DNA of 64,000 bases from Oopsacas minuta (lineage: Eukaryota; Animalia; Porifera): positions 248,001-312,000 of the forward strand of contig JAKMXF010000133.1 in assembly GCA_024704765.1 (NCBI GenBank). Reading direction: 5' to 3'. Below are positions 61,815-64,000 of this stretch, piece by piece (the stretch's first letter is position 1; every line of letters begins with the position of its first letter). A program made the position numbers and the translations under genes. The notes beneath the pieces were generated by a model. The model was given only the letters and a program-made list of their open reading frames with translations. It had not been told where the DNA came from and did not search any database.

Positions 61815-63086
61815 TCATGCTTTTTTAATATAAAATTTTGAAATGATTTTGTCCACATAATGTTCAATAAAATAAAAATAAATATGCTTAATCAATAATC
61901 CATCAATCTGGGGTACTTCCCCCCTAACTCTATGCACATAGTATGATAGAGTACTATGGTTGCTAGGGACAAATACTGAGCTATGCACACAGACCAATTG
62001 TTCATGGATGCCAAGATAGGTCTGATGGAATGCAGGAGGAATATTGTTAAAATTAATGTAAGGTGTAAGTGAAGTGGCGTTTATAAGTTTGTAAGAATTG
62101 AAGTGATCGAAAAATTCGTTTTCAAGTAAATCAGTTGCAATATATAAAACGCGTCCTTCATTGCAGCCTAAAGTATCCGTTAATCGAAGGAAATACTGCC
62201 AAGTTAGATAAGATCGATGATAAAATGTCCTGCGTGCGTGGATACAGCAATAATTAGACGGTAACTCTGAAGTAAACTTGTCGACAGTCGTGATAATTCC
62301 AGGATTATATCTGATATAATGGGAGATCCAGTACTGGGCAGCTCTGGCTGAATCTTCATTGAAAAAACGTACATCAATAGCAAAGAATGTTCCTTCTGAG
62401 AAATACAAAATATCAGATTGATCTGATAACAAATCAGGAAATATATACTTAACAATTGGAACATATTTATTAGCCTTAGATGTAATTCGAGATTGTTTAC
62501 ATTTACCTAACATGTCATTCTTTTCACGGAAAAACTGATCCTCTAGGATCGATTTTTCCCGCTCCGTTTCGGCTCTTCGATCTACCCAAAAGCCGTAAGC
62601 TACACTGTGACATATGTCGGTCCGTGAGAAGTGTGAAAATTCACGAATAAATTCAGGATGAGGTTTCACATTCTCTATAACAGGAAGGAAATTAGAGAGA
62701 TGATGCAGGTCAATTATTCTAGAAATTGGAAGAAGATTGGATTGTTTCATCAAATTATAAGCTTCATAGCCATTAATTTTCAGTTTACCCACCATATCTT
62801 GTCCTAAAGGATGTTCAGAAACAGGCTGCAATATAAGAGTACGATTCAAAAGTTTCGCAAAAACAACCGCATGCTCCAGAGCTATTCTCTGGTTGTTCCA
62901 ACCTTGGCCACCCGGTTGGTAACTCAGGAATTTCTCACCGCTCCTAACAGCTGAGTAGGTACCGTAATGCAAAACCTGTAGAGACTGGAAATATCTGAGA
63001 CTTAAAAATGCGAACACGATGAAACTGGCGCTAAATATAATGAACCCTTTGAAATACTTTGAAACTTGTCTGTGTATAATCTTCAT
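61815..63086 (-). CDS. GDP-fucose protein O-fucosyltransferase family (POFUT2-like), type II membrane protein
   Basis: N-terminal TM; FLSYQP..QGWNNQRIALE...AKLLNRTLIL; CIHARR; LYIATD; HEQLVC...FV.SNHSTLS. Confidence 0.8.
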   Translation of the reverse strand: MKIIHRQVSKYFKGFIIFSASFIVFAFLSLRYFQSLQVLHYGTYSAVRSGEKFLSYQPGGQGWNNQRIALEHAVVFAKLLNRTLILQPVSEHPLGQDMVGKLKINGYEAYNLMKQSNLLPISRIIDLHHLSNFLPVIENVKPHPEFIREFSHFSRTDICHSVAYGFWVDRRAETEREKSILEDQFFREKNDMLGKCKQSRITSKANKYVPIVKYIFPDLLSDQSDILYFSEGTFFAIDVRFFNEDSARAAQYWISHYIRYNPGIITTVDKFTSELPSNYCCIHARRTFYHRSYLTWQYFLRLTDTLGCNEGRVLYIATDLLENEFFDHFNSYKLINATSLTPYINFNNIPPAFHQTYLGIHEQLVCVHSSVFVPSNHSTLSYYVHRVRGEVPQIDGLLIKHIYFYFIEHYVDKIISKFYIKKA

Positions 63087-63287
63087 ATCAAGTAGAGCTA
63101 CAATAAATAAAGCTTCATATTGCTACACCATCATTACACGTAAATAATTAGTAGATTGATTGAAATGCAAATTAATTAATGAGCTTAATAAAGGTAGCAA
63201 AGCAGAATTTATGTTTTTCAGGGATTAATTTCAACGATAGAATATGGATTATGCAAAAGTTGAACATACAGACGGTCAGGCTCCCCT

Positions 63288-63379
63288 CAGGGTCGCATCC
63301 AGAGATTTCTCCACTGTAGATTCGCAATAAGAAGTTTTGGACAGTACCAGGGTCTAGATGACTCTTAATGCAGCCCTAG
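63288..63379. mobile_element. Possible decayed hAT-like MITE
   Basis: CAGGGTCGCAT / ATGCAGCCCTAG imperfect TIRs; flanks GCTCCCCT / TCTCCCCC (6/8). Confidence 0.35.
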
Positions 63380-64000
63380 TCTCCCCCAAGGAAACTAAAT
63401 GTATTCCTTGAAGATTCTACTAACGAATTTCAAGACTAGTATGTTTGGTGTAATAGTAATTGTTAGGGTTGAAAGAATAAACATTTTAGGGAAATATGTA
63501 GTATTAGAATTCATTAAATAACCTCATTTATCATTGTAAACATTATGTTTACAATGATTTTGATAATTTTTAGGAAAGATTATTTGTAATCAAAAATATT
63601 GGGGTTTTAGTTCAAAAAGAATTGAGGAAGTAATTATCCTTTATAGATCTGTAAGTCTTTATATGGAATTAGAACTGAAAATACTGTCATATTCTAAAAT
63701 ATAAACATATACACATTATATCTTATCCTTGAAAATATTAGGGTAAACTTCAGTCTTGATTGTGCATATGTTTGCTAATGAGTATATATTATGCCACATC
63801 AGCGTCCAGACAATAGTATGAATAAATTTTAGCACCAAGCGAGTAGAGAATGGCCCCCAAAATATGAATATTTCACTGAATTATTCAAGAATTTATCGTC
63901 TTGAGAAACACCAAATACATTAACAACTAACTGTAAAGCAAGAATCACTAAATATTCAGTCAATAAATAACTATTGAGGATTCTAACATTCTAGAAAAAT

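Overview
AT-rich, very gene-dense eukaryotic (animal) genomic DNA with short GT-AG introns (mostly about 50-120 nt) and intergenic gaps often under 150 bp. The gene set (perilipin, NPHP1, CFAP53, RIC8, CC-NHL, NIDO-vWD-EGF) and the compaction suggest an early-branching metazoan, possibly a glass sponge (Hexactinellida); this is inference and was not tested. I support about 35 protein-coding genes, mostly housekeeping, one tRNA-Lys(TTT), several miniature inverted-repeat elements (MITEs) and a 34-bp minisatellite. Main points: (1) 25 of 34 genes with a visible start have an acceptor-like AG (22 TAG, 3 AAG) within 12 nt upstream of the ATG, and several co-oriented neighbours are only 47-135 bp apart, which points to spliced-leader trans-splicing and operons. 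(2) NEK2 does not end where the ORF track implies: its intron at 24640-28708 contains three complete antisense genes (NSFL1C, ALKBH1, DDX47). Two more antisense nested genes sit in introns of SNRPA1 and ISWI. (3) SNRPA1 carries a candidate poison exon. (4) Unusual architectures include a tail-anchored PHD finger and a FYVE-ANK-CC-FYVE protein. All calls are by eye from motifs and remembered homologs; no database searches were run.
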